DNA of 64,000 bases from contig NC_045697.1 in the NCBI RefSeq assembly GCF_009834535.1, positions 93,250,001 through 93,314,000 on the forward strand. The letters are read 5' to 3'. Positions within the stretch are counted from its first letter, which is position 1, and each line of letters starts with the position of its first letter. The notes below the pieces were generated by a model, which had not been told where the DNA came from, searched no databases, and was given only the letters and a program-made list of their open reading frames with translations. Below are positions 12,690 to 24,975 of this stretch, piece by piece. The DNA comes from Camelus ferus (taxonomy: Eukaryota). Made by a program: the position numbers and the translations under genes.

Positions 12690-14561
12690 TTAAAAATTCC
12701 ATTCTTAATAAAAAAACTTATAATAACTACCCACTGTCCATCCCAATAGTCAGAGCAACAACATAGAGTTAACATGTGTAATGCAATATTTCATTTCATA
12801 AAAATAGTATTTTAAAACTGAACTGTTGAGTTTTAAGTTTCTTAAATGTTTGAGTATTTAAAATTTAAGAGCATATAAAATCTTAGAAAGGTACTTTCAT
12901 TAATAAAATATTCAAGATATGGTAAATTATGCATGATGATTTAATATATGCAAATTGACAAGTGATATGAATAGTAAATTTGAATAGGAAAATATGTACA
13001 TAAATGAATGGTATTTCAGAATCTAAGCAAATTGATGACTGCATTATGTACTTGTCCCCAAGGTAAATGAAATACTTAATTAGAAAATTTTTTTTTCCAT
13101 TAAAGGGCCAATAAGAGGGTATGAAGCAAAATTACTAGTTTTCCTTTTTTCTTATCTTTAAGAATTTTGTTCAATATAGTCTCACCTTAATGCTTTAATG
13201 TTATTTTTCAGCATATTGCTGCTCTTATACTGATCTTGCTTAATGCTTAATATAAAAAGAATAATGAAATTATACCTAATCCTTGAGAATTTGGTGGTAC
13301 AATTTCTGTTTATTCTTAATTCTATCCTTAAAAGTCATTGCTGCTAATATTACTAGAGATTCTTCCATAGGGTGAACATGCTTTCTGTATAACTTTTTTG
13401 ATATAAGGCAGCTAACAATTCTCACTGGATATAAAACAGAAATAAAGGTATCTATTTCCATTTTAAAATGCTTTCTAACTTTAACTGCATTGTTTTATAC
13501 ATTTGATTTGATGAATTGCAAATTAAGTCAGTTGTATAATTTGATCAGAGCTTTGACACTCTGAAAAGTATTTTTTAAAAAGTGAATTTTCTAAAATACC
13601 ATCAATAGGCATCAGGCCGTTACAACAATTGAAATATTTAAATTTAGAACTCTTTCTGATGGTGAGTGAATATTTGTTGCTTATCCTGGTGTCTTGGCCT
13701 AATTCTATAATTGAAATGAGAACCACCCAACTTTATTGGTCACCTTCGTTATGCTTTGCAGCTTTGGAAATATTATGGAGTGCTCCAAATTCATATGAAA
13801 TAAGAACACTGAAAGTGTAGCTCACTGATTTAGGATTTTGCTCCAGAGCTCTTCCTAAAGAGATATGGAGACTTGGGAAATCACTTTTTTTTTTTTTTTC
13901 TATTTTTCTCTTTTCAGTATCATTACTCAGAAATCAGGTTAAAATGAGTAGAAAAATGAGAAGCTTTCATTGTAAACTAGCTAAAATAAAACACTATGAA
14001 ATGTGCAGGAGAAAGGGATAATTTAATGAATTTATTTATTTACTTAACTACAAGTAGTTTCATTGCTTTAAATTTATAATAAGTTTAACTACAGATGTTT
14101 TAAGTCTCTCTCATTTAGTGTTGTCTACATAAACAGTTTCTTCCAGGTTACCTCTCTGGGTCTCTGCTTAACTCAAATAATCATTAACAGACTAACCAGA
14201 TTCACCCCACTAAGCACTTGCTTAGAATAAGAAACATAAATTTTGCTATTAACACTATGTCAAAAAATAATAATTTTCCATCTAATGGGATCAAATGCCA
14301 AAATTTTCTCTTTTGGATGATAAATGCCACTTATCCTTATATCACTGAGATTGCCTGAGAGTAATCAGAAAGTGTAGAAAAGAAATTTTGACAATTTAAG
14401 ATAAAATGATTCTTTTTCGTATTATGCACACTTTATACTCAGAAGTATATATTTTATAAAATTATAACAATTTATAAACATCCAATCTATATTAAGGTTC
14501 GAACATATTTTTAATAGAATTCCAGTTCTCCTCTATTAGTTACTGATGTTTTGTTTAGAAG

Positions 14562-14562
<1 letters not shown>

Positions 14563-14616
<54 letters not shown>

Positions 14617-14633
14617 TACATACACACACATAT
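14563..14633. repeat. Compound (TA)n(CA)n microsatellite
   Basis: Seen directly. Confidence 0.97.
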
Positions 14634-15559
14634 GTAGCTTTATTTAACTTTTCACTTTTATTTATTTTTTTCTATTGGTAAAATATTTACTTGGGCTTGG
14701 GGAAGTTATGACCATTATTTTTCTCTGTTGTATTTTCTTCAAAATTTATAATCAATCTTCCCAAGTTTTAATTAGCAATTCCACTCACTTTACATGTTAC
14801 CTCTAGTGGTGTGAAAGTTTCTGAAGCAAAAACTGTAAATTAGATTTAAATATTTCATGTTTAAGATAGATGTTCTAAAAACTACCTTAGCCTCCATTAT
14901 TATATAACTGGTATTCTAAATATCACATCTTTACATGGCTTGACTGTTCTTTTCTAATTTCAATTTTAAAGCATATGAAATGTTTTGAATCAGAGAAATC
15001 ATATGATTCAAATCACTAGTAGACATGCTACATGGCATTTGCTAAACAGTGCTAATAGCAGAAAAAGCTGACAAATAGTTAAGATAGTTTTCAAGTGTTT
15101 TAAATGTTCAGTATAAAAATTTACTTTTAGTATACACGGCAATAATCAAGAAAGCCTAAATTAGAGAAAATATCACTGAAATAGGTTGAAACTAATAAAA
15201 AAGAAATGGGAAACACTTTGAACTATCATTATTTATGATAATTGTTAAGTATATATAATACAGGACAGTGAAGTCACACACTGCCTAAAGATACTGACAG
15301 TCTTTTATTTTAGGCAAAAATTAAAATGCTAATTAGCTGGTAGAGATGAACTTTTCAATCGATAAGCCATAAACACATGTCCATAGTAGCTTTGATAAGG
15401 TTATTCTAAAACTAAAAAAAAAAAAAAAGATAGGTTTTTACACTAAAAGATGACAAAACTTTCCAAACTTAACCTTATAGTTGCATCAAAATGCTAGAAT
15501 GTTTTACCAAGAAATAAGTTAGTTCAATTATAAAATGCAATGGAGGAAAGAATTTTTAA

Positions 15560-17100
15560 AATATTTAAAATCAGATTTATACTCTAAAAATTATAAAATA
15601 TTGATGAAGAAATTTGAAAATGATATAAACAAATGGTAAGATATCCCACGTTCTTAAAATGGCCATCCTACCCAAAGCAATCGAGAGATTTAATGTAATC
15701 CTTTTCAAAATACCTGTCACATTTTTCACAGAACTAGAACAAATGATCCTAAAATTAAATGGAAACACAAAAGACATCAAGTTGCCAAAGCAATCTTGAG
15801 AAAAAAGAACAAAGCTATAGGTGTCATGCTCCCTGACTTCAGACTATATTACAAAGCTATGGTAATTAAAATAGCATGGTACTGTCATAAAACAAATAGA
15901 CACATACATCAATGGAACAGAATAGAAAGCTCAGAAGTAAACCCAAGCCCTTATGGACAATTAATAATCTATGTCAAAGGAAGTAAGAGTATACAAAAGA
16001 GAAAAGACAGTCTCTTCAGTAAGTGATGCTGGGAAAACTAGTGAGAAACGTGTAAAATGAGATTACAACATTTTCTCACATCAAATACAAAAATAACCTC
16101 AAAGTAGATTAAAAAGACCAAAATGTAAGACTTGAAACAAATAAACTCTTAGAAGAGAACATAGGCAGAACACCCTTTGACATAAATTGTAGCAATATTT
16201 TTTAGATCTGTCTTCTAAGGCAAAAATAAACAAACAAACAAACAAATAAATAAATAAAAGCAAAACTAAACAAATGGGATGTAATTAAATGTTTCTGCAC
16301 AGCAAAGGAAATCATCAATAAATGAAACAAAATGAAAAGACAACCGACTGGATGGGAGAATATACTTGCAAATGATATGACCAATAAGAGGTTAATATCC
16401 AAAATATATGAACAGCTCATACAATTCCATATCAAACAAAGAACCCAATTTAAAAAATGGGCAGAAGATCTGAAGACATTTTTCCAAAGAAGATACATTA
16501 AAAAAATACATAAAATTGCTAATCATCAGAGAAACGCAAATCAAAAACACAGTGAAATATCACTTCACATCTGTATAATTAGCTATTATTAAAAAGTCTA
16601 TAAATAACAAACGTTGGAGGAGATATAGAGAAAAGGGAACCTTAGTACACTGTAGATGGAACTGTATGCTGCTGCAGCCACCATGGGAAAGCGTATGGGG
16701 ATCTCTCAAAGACTAAAAGTCAAAACTACTACATGATCCACTAATTCCCCTGCTGGGTATATATCTGAAGAAAATGAAAACACTAACATTAAAAGATTCA
16801 TACACCCCCCCAACATGCATAGCAACATTATTTACAATAGCCAAGACATGGAAGCAACCCAAGTGTCCATGAACAGATGAAAGAATAAAGATGTGATAAG
16901 AAACAGACTCATAAATATAGAGAACAAACTTGTGATTATCAGTGGGGAGAAGAAATGGGGGACAGGCGAGACAGGGGTATGGGATTAAGTGACACAAACT
17001 ACGAAGTATAAAATAAATAAGCATCAGGATATATTGTACAGCACAGGGAAATACAGCCATTACTTGATAAATAACTTCTAAAATTTCAGTAAAATAAAAC
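15560..17100 (+). mobile_element. 5'-truncated L1 (L1MA9/artiodactyl type), degraded ORF2 C-terminus plus 3' UTR
   Basis: ORF2 peptides [26 protein letters not shown] (15796..) and MKRQPTGWENILANDMTNKRLISKIYEQL (16332..); 3' UTR AAACAGACTCAT..GTACAGCACAGGGAA; stops and deletions present. Confidence 0.95.
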
Positions 17101-19913
17101 AAAATACACTCACACAAAGTGGCAGTTATTAACATGCAGATATCATGCTTACCTTCTTTGACCTCATAGTACATCTTAAGAAGCCAACTTTAAGAAAGTA
17201 AACAAATACTTTAGTTCAAAATAGACATTTTCAGTAAATGGAATAATTATGTTACCCAGACAAAAATAATACAAAAATGAAAAAAGAAAAATAAAAGCAG
17301 ATGGAGAGACACTCTTAAATAAAAGCATAAGGAAATATTTACCTTAGAGTTAAATATTGTGAGGAGCAAAACAGGTGAAATCTGGAGGATTAATGTTTAC
17401 AGCAGGAAAAAACAAAACAAAAAGCCCAGAAAATGGAAAAAACAGAGAATGATGTCAGGGTTTAGAGTGAAAAAACTCAGTAATGAATTGAAGCAAGGAT
17501 ATTTGAGAGAATGTTTAGAGGAAATGTGGAAGATAGAAAAGAATTCCTAATCAGTGATTGAGCATTACAGAGAACAGACTTCTTTGAAAAGGAGTAGAAA
17601 AAAAGGCAACTGTGAGCTCAGATTCAAAGGTGTGCACACCATTATAGAGAAAATACTGAAGAGATAATAAAGAAGAACTCTTCAAGTAGAGAGCCAACCA
17701 ACACAGCCTGCCAGACTCTTTCAATGGACAGCTGGAAAACAAATGTTCTTTAAGTTGTTTGGAAATTAAATGACAAAGTAATTGCTTGCTTTACAGATTC
17801 AGGAACATTTTTGTAAATGATAATACAGCTGTTCTATCGAATTATCTTGCCTTCATTTTCAAAATTTTTGGAATAGTAAGCTATACGCCTATCCTTGAAT
17901 TTCTGATTGTCAACTCATTTATTTGTTAATATTTTTCTGTTTATTTTTTAAAATGATAGATGTTCATATTGCAACAATTTCTCAAAATAATCTTTCAAGC
18001 TGCAATGATGTGTTTATGTGAAGATACACAAATACTCTGGTGACTCACTTGAAGATTAGTGGCATGTGCTGTGTGATGGGGGAAAATGTGCTTGCATGAG
18101 ACATTGCATCTATGAATTCAACCGGACAGTATGGGAAACACCTATATGGAAAAAAATTTTTTTAAGTTAAATTCTACCAGGAAAACAATAAACATTTGAG
18201 CAAGAAAATGAAAAAGATGCAGTGGTGCTTCCTTCCTATTTTAGGAAAAAGGATTTCTAATGAACAAACATTGTCTTTCTCGTATATTTCCTACAGTTGA
18301 TAAAATAATAGGGATCAGCAACTTTACTGGTGTACATCTCCACCAGGGTATGATTTTTCATTTCAGTTGTCAAAATAGACTAGTGATTACTTTTACCATG
18401 CAAAGAAATTAATGGGTGGTCAGCCCATTTTCTCTATTTTCTGCAGTTCCATCTCTTGTTTTCAGTATCATTCCAATTTTGCATCTAATTTTTATCTCTG
18501 CTCTATTTTTTTCTACATCCATAACTTTTCTCTGTACTGAACTCATAATTATCTTGTCATTCACAAAATGTTTAACTCCATGTTATCAAAGATGCCTAAG
18601 AAAATGAAGCATATTCTACTACATGAATGGGCCAACATGAACAACTTGCTTGACTGTTAATCCATTTAGATGTGAAATAGCATGTTCTCATTTTTCATCA
18701 AATGTCATATGAACACATTCTGATTTTTATAACTGAAGAACTCTAGAAAAATATAAAAATTTTGTTGGAAAGTATTATTTTCACAATCTCCCAATGACTT
18801 TAAATTTTATCTTTGAAAATATTTTCTACAAGATATAAAAATAATCTTAAATATCTCTGATGTTAGATTGCTAGATTTAATCTACATAATTCTGAACCTT
18901 TGATTTTTGGATATGTGTACCATTTTGTAAGTTCCAATGCACTAAACAATAGAAAATAACTATCCGGATTCTATTTGCTTTTTTAATAAGTTACAAAATT
19001 AGGAAACACTCTATAGACACTTGCATCATTTAGGGTAAGAAAGGTGGCTATATAACTAACTAGGAAAGCCTAAAAATATACTTCTATTTTACAATTTGAG
19101 GCAACAATACACCATTTATATTATTGATACTAAGACAACCTAAGAAAGGATCACAGAAATCTACTAATTTTAATAAAATAATATAAATAAAATAATAATA
19201 TTTGAGTACTACTGTATATGACAGCTTCAGTGATAATGGCTTTCAAGATGGTTTCAATAATTCATGCTTTAATTGCCATTCAAGAGCAATACAAACCTGC
19301 ATTTTTTTAGCTATTTATCAATAAAGTTATATTGAATATCATCTTACCTGGGTAATGTTATTTTAATATGTACTATTTCCATGATTTTACCTTATGTGTT
19401 CTAATACAAAATATATTTAGCTGTCTCAAATAAAGACTCCCCAGAAAGCTCAATATATAAAATAATTCAACAATATGGGGTAGAACTTTTTTATTTTAAA
19501 ATACATTAACATTGAACCATCTTGATATTGGACTACTGTGGATGTATTTCATCAGTTATTAACATTCCACTTTCAGGTTAATATAAAGTCATCAAAAATT
19601 TGAAGTACTCCTGACCCTCTTCCCAATGTGTAAATTAGTAATATAATGGCAATACTCAGACAGGCAAATATAGACTAAGCTCCCTTTGATGAAAACAACG
19701 TGAGGTAAGGCTTCCCTACTGAGAATCATCTTAGTTTGTGAAATAGTAATTTGGAATGGCTATATCTGCTAAGTATATTGAAAGAAAGAAAATGTGGAAA
19801 ACATAATCTGCAACATCTTTATGTATATTAATCATTCTATATATCTTTTTTGTCACACAGTTTGAAATAATATAACTTGAAATTTTATTTCCAATTATAA
19901 AATTATAATATAC

Positions 19914-19997
19914 TATTATACAATTTGAAGTATATACTATATATACTAGTATATATAGTCTATATGTACTACAATATATACTTCAAATTGTATAATA
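19914..19997. repeat. Perfect 23-bp inverted repeat enclosing a perfect 24-bp palindrome
   Basis: TATTATACAATTTGAAGTATATA (19914-19936) and its reverse complement (19975-19997); ACTATATATACTAGTATATATAGT at 19936-19959. Confidence 0.95.
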
Positions 19998-21208
19998 TAT
20001 ACATATCTTATTACACATATATAAAATAAAGAATATCAACAAAATGTCAAAAATTTTAATTATTTTATCCATAGTATTCTGACAATTTTTTTTGGTTTGC
20101 TTTCCAAGTTTAACCTGAAAAGAAAAAACGTAGCATTTTCCATGAGAAGAAAATTATAGTTTCAAAAAATAAGGGTTTTATTTCATTTGGAAAACTAAAT
20201 GCTTCAAACAATGGTGCAATACAGAACATAAATATGCATGACCATTAAATATCAATCTAACATTTCCAGATTTTATTTTATTATTATTTAATTCTTCCCT
20301 ATTCTTCTTTCATTTTTCTCTCTTTTTCATCTTTAGCATAAGTACTGTTTTCCAAATACCTACAGATATATTTAATACAGCATTTCCCAACAATGTCAAA
20401 TATAATTTAGCTCATAAACCAATACCAAATATTTATTCCCAGGGAAGTCAATATTTTTTGTATGCCAGAGATACTGGAAACAATAGAAATCAAAACTCAT
20501 TGAAATTCATGATATTTGATAATGCTACAGAACTTTTATTTGTTTTTTTAATCATTAGATTTTAAATGTATTTAAAGAATTGTTTATCCGTTATATGGCT
20601 TGTTATCATCCACAGTACACTAAGAAAATATTTTAAAATAAGATAAATTGCCTAAGTACTATATCTATTGAAAGAGTGCTTAGAGCTACTATTAAAAATC
20701 TGAGAATAAAACATGAATATTTTTGAACTATAGAGATCATACGTCAGCATCTTTACACTGGCTTTTATTACATAATAAGTAATTTAATTTTCATTAGCCT
20801 TCATCAGTTCATTATGGAAAGCAACTTGGAAAAAGTAATAACTTGAAAAAGGAGAGAAATAATTTCCCAGTTTAGTTGGCAAGTTACTAACAATAGATTT
20901 ATGGACTGTAATAATCTATTTTCCTGAATAACATTATAGATAGAGTTCAGAGTAGACATAGATTAAAAAGAAAATAAAGCAGATTATTCATTCAATAGTT
21001 TGATGGTTATTATGCTAATCAGATCATTTGTCAAAATATATCCATAGGAACATTTTTCAGTAAATTTTTTCCTCATTTCTATATTGTGTGTCAGTCACGG
21101 CACAGGTCTAGATAGAAGTTGTCTTGGAAATTGGCTAACTAAAGAAGACAATAAATTGTTTTAAACTTTGAGTTCTACAAGACAAGTAGGTATTTCTGAA
21201 ATTGTATA

Positions 21209-21275
21209 GAGTAGACCCTTGAACAACATGGAGGTTAGGGGCACTGACCTCCCATGCAGTTGAAAATTCAGATAG
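21209..21275 (+). mobile_element. Tigger-family (MER8/Tigger2-like) terminal fragment
   Basis: TA then GAGTAGACCCTTGAACAACATGGAGGTTAGGGGCACTGACC resembles CAGTTGACCCTTGAACAAC TIR. Confidence 0.7.
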
Positions 21276-21761
21276 ATATAGATATGTTACATATAATAAA
21301 TCAATATCATGTGTACAATATTTTATTTCAAATTTAATTTATATGGAGAACATTTATGAAATTCACATGAATTTGAGGTGCTTTCATTATGATTTTTTTT
21401 CCCTTATTTTGCTTTGCCACAATAAAGTGAGGTTAATCACTTATGAGTAAGATATAAGGCACCAAAGGAAAAATAATGTGAACGTAAAGAAATATATAAT
21501 AGGTAGACATGCTCATTCATATATATTGTTGAGGTTCAAACAAATATGAATGCTTTTCTTAATATGTATATAACATATATACAACTAAAGAAAGGTTAAG
21601 TTATGATGAATTGCCTAAGAAATTTCCAACTTTTTTTTCACTACTAAATGCTTCTTCTCAAGAAGATATATTTCAATGCATAAGTATACTTGCAACAAGA
21701 AACTACTCCAAAGCAAGAGAAATTTTTAGAGGAAAATTCAAAAGAGGTAGAAAAGTGTATA

Positions 21762-22786
21762 CAGTTGATCCTTGTTATTTGTGAATTCACCTACTGACTA
21801 AAATGTATTTATAACCCCAGAATCAATACTTATGACACTTTAGTGCTCATTCCCAGACATAATCAGAGCAGCTAAAAAATTGAGTTGCCCAACAGGCATG
21901 TCCCCAGCTGGACAGAACAAGGTAATACTTTGCATTCTTGTGTCAGCTCAGGACCAGTATCCTTATCATGGTCTACTTAGTACCACTATTTATGCATTTT
22001 TGTGATTTTGGGGGAGTAATTTTGCTTTTAAAATGGCCCCTCAAAGTTTTCCTGAAATGTTGTCTAGAGTTCTTAAGCACAAAAATGATGTGATATGCCT
22101 TGCAGAGAAAAGATGTGTGTTAGGTAAGCTTCATTCAGGCATGAGTTATAGTGCTGTTGGCCATGAGCTCAATGTAAATGAATCAATAATACAGTACACA
22201 CAGAAGAAGGAAAGGGAAATTTGCTGATCTGTATATAAGGCTGCTTTGGAAAGTGCTGAAGTAACATCTGCAGTGCATGATGAAGCTATGGAAAAGATGG
22301 AAATATGGCTAAATTTATAGATTGTTGAGATGATGACCAATTAAAAACAGAAGTGGACAGCATTGTTGTAAGGTTGCAAGCCAAGAAATTTATAGTCACC
22401 TTACTCAGCATCAGGAAAATGTTAAACTCTTCTTGGTTAGGGTTGGCTGGCTTGCTTGTTTCAAAAGGCAATACACTGTGAAAAATGTTAAGCTTGCAGG
22501 TGATGTAGGGTGTGCATGGAAGAATTTTTAAAATATCTGTTAAATGTTATTCAGGAAAAGGGTTATGTGGAAGAACAGGATTTCAATGCCAACGGACTGT
22601 CTTATTTTATAACATGCCAAACCTATATAGTGCAAATAGAATTTCAGTTGATAAAAATGTTGTGACCAGAGGCTCACAAGAACCTAATCTTGAATCTTCC
22701 CTAGGGACAATAGTTCAGTACTTGGTAACTCAGTATCCATAATAACATTATAAAACATAACTACCACAATTAACAATGATTGACTA
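21762..22786 (+). mobile_element. TcMar-Tigger DNA transposon (MER82-like ends) with transposase N-terminal remnant
   Basis: TA|CAGTTGATCCTTGTTATTTGTG ... CACAATTAACAATGATTGACTA|TA; ORF 22033..22227 (SGMSYSAVGHELNVNESIIQY..KKEREI) is HTH-psq-like; EAMEKMEIWLNL*I and GYVEEQDFNA downstream. Confidence 0.88.
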
Positions 22787-23050
22787 TATTAATAAACATT
22801 AAGGATAGTCCCTGAAAGTATAGAAATAGAAATATTTGTAAAACTTGTAAGGGATGAGGGAAATTATCCAACCTAGAAATTTTGGGAAAATACATATCTC
22901 AAATAAAAGTGGACATAAATGCAACTGTATGAGGACAAAAATTAATTTGGTTAAACCTCCATTTAAAAAGATGAATATTTTTAAAGCTGATTAAAAAGTG
23001 AAGACAAACCATGAGAATAAGGAAAGATCAAATTATACTAGATAAAAAGT

Positions 23051-23086
23051 GATAGATAGATAGATAGATAGAAAGAAAGAAAGAAA

Positions 23087-23116
<30 letters not shown>
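23051..23116. repeat. Compound (GATA)n(GAAA)n tetranucleotide repeat
   Basis: Seen directly. Confidence 0.97.
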
Positions 23117-23117
<1 letters not shown>

Positions 23118-23789
23118 AATACCAGATAAATAAAGCTACTTAAGTCAAAACACAGTGGCTATAGAAACAATGGATAATACATTATAATGATACATCTCTC
23201 TTACTGGAAATTATACAATAATGCCAAACTTATATACCTAAAAACATAAGTTCTGTTAATATAAAGCAAAACTAAAATATAGTAAAGTAAAAATTAACAT
23301 TTAAAATACACATGTTTCCTATTTAAAATTTAGAAAGCAGGAAAGGGTTCCAATTCTACCCTAATAAAAATAAAAAGATAATCTACAAAAGCATAAAAAA
23401 ATCCAAGGCCACAAATAACCAACTAGCATAAAATATGAGGAAATATAGATGTTTTCAAAAACAGAAGAGACATGAGCACTAGCAGCAAAAGACCGATTTC
23501 CATTAAAATGGGTAAAAAGAATTCTACAGAAATTTTTAACAAACTCCAAAAGATTCAGCGTAGACTAATATGGGCAGACAATTTCTAAGAGCCATGGACA
23601 CAAGGAATTCATTCCCACTGAAAGGATTTTATTAAGGACTTCATATATTATTATTAAAAACAAAACAAATCAAAAACAAAAAAACTGAAGACAGAGTGAG
23701 GTACCAGACAAATCACTCTCAGTGGTGCAACTTGGGGAGTAGGGGAGCATGGGTGGTAATGTATAAAATGATTTTAATACATATCACTG

Positions 23790-24600
23790 AGATTCTAGGA
23801 AAAGTAGAGAGTGGTAGAGGAAATACTCAGAAGGATAAAGGACAAATATTTTCCTCAAATTATAATAGAAATGAAGTCACAGATTCAGGAATTTCTGAAA
23901 ATACAAATAAAGATAAAAATGAATAACATACACCAATATCAACACACTCACTCAACAGAAAGAGAAAATAATGAATGCAAATTACATATAGGGAAAAAAA
24001 CGACAAATTTTTATCGGTCATAATGCAAGCCAGAAAACAATGAATCAACATCTTTAAAGTAATGGGGAAAAAATTACAACTCAACACCGATTTCTATACG
24101 CAGGTGAAATATCTTTCAAAATAAGGGAGAAATAGTTTCTCAAAGAAAAATTGAAAAAAGACTTTAAAGTCCTGGGGGGAAAAAACACAAAAACACTGTT
24201 GACCTACAATTCTATAATAAATAAAATATATTTCAAAAATGAACCAAAAAACATACACACCTTTTCAGGGATACAAATACTGAGATATTTTAATAAAAGT
24301 TGATCTATACTATAAGAATTGTTACAACTGAGTACTCAGGTTGAAAGAATATAGCATCAGACCAAACATAAATCTACATATAAACATACAGATTTCCAGA
24401 AATGATTAAAGGTAAACATAAAATATGTATTTCTTATTTTAATCACACTAAATATATTTGTATATCTATAGACCAAACAGTAGCAGTGCATAGTGAGTTT
24501 ATAGCATATTCAAAAATAAAATAAAATAATGGCAAAAATATAGAGGGAGAATTTAAGAATTTTTTGTGGAGAATTTCTTACACCCATATAAAATGATACA
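23790..24600 (+). mobile_element. Old L1 ORF1 C-terminal remnant
   Basis: CAAGCCAGAAAACAATGAATCAACATCTTTAAAG (ARKQ*INIFK, cf. ARRQW..IFK) and ATTTCTATACGCAGGTGAAATATCTTTCAAAA; A-rich. Confidence 0.7.
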
Positions 24601-24609
24601 ATATTTTTA

Positions 24610-24870
24610 TTCAATTTATTGAGGATTTTTGCCTCTAGAGTCATGAGCTATATTGGTCTAAAATGTTTGTTTTGTACTGCCTTTGTCTGGTTTGGAATTA
24701 GTGTAATCCTTGCCTCATAAAATAAGTTGAGAAGTGTTCCTTCCTCTTTAGTATTCTGGAAAAATTGTATAGAACTCGTGTTCTTTCTTATTTTAATGTT
24801 TAATAGAACTTGCCAATGAAACATGGTGATAGAGAATAGGCCTGGTGAATTCTTTTTTATAATGTTTTTA
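24610..24870 (-). mobile_element. L1 ORF2 reverse-transcriptase fragment
   Basis: ORF 24648..24917 includes EEGTLLNLFYEARITLIP..FRPI, cf. L1 GILPNSFYEASITLIPKP..FRPISL. Confidence 0.9.
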
Positions 24871-24884
24871 ACAGTGATGGTAAC

Positions 24885-24975
24885 ATTGTGGGGACAATTG
24901 GAAATGTCTGGAGACACTTGTGTTTGTCACAATTAGGTAGGTCCTATTGGCACTCAGTGGATGAAGTAAAGGGTT
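24885..24975. mobile_element. MER20 (hAT-Charlie) fragment
   Basis: GGGGACAATTGGAAATGTCTGGAGACACTTGTGTTTGTCACAA..TATTGGCACTCAGTGG. Confidence 0.75.

Noticed and set aside
13609..13667. Plus-strand exon ending G|GTGAGT
   Set aside because: Acceptor lacks a polypyrimidine tract and the peptide is not recognised
15796..17174. ORFs of 76-153 aa as genes
   Set aside because: Sense and antisense readings of a broken L1
19345..19405. Minus-strand exon ending CAG|GTAAGA
   Set aside because: Weak acceptor and stops in all frames
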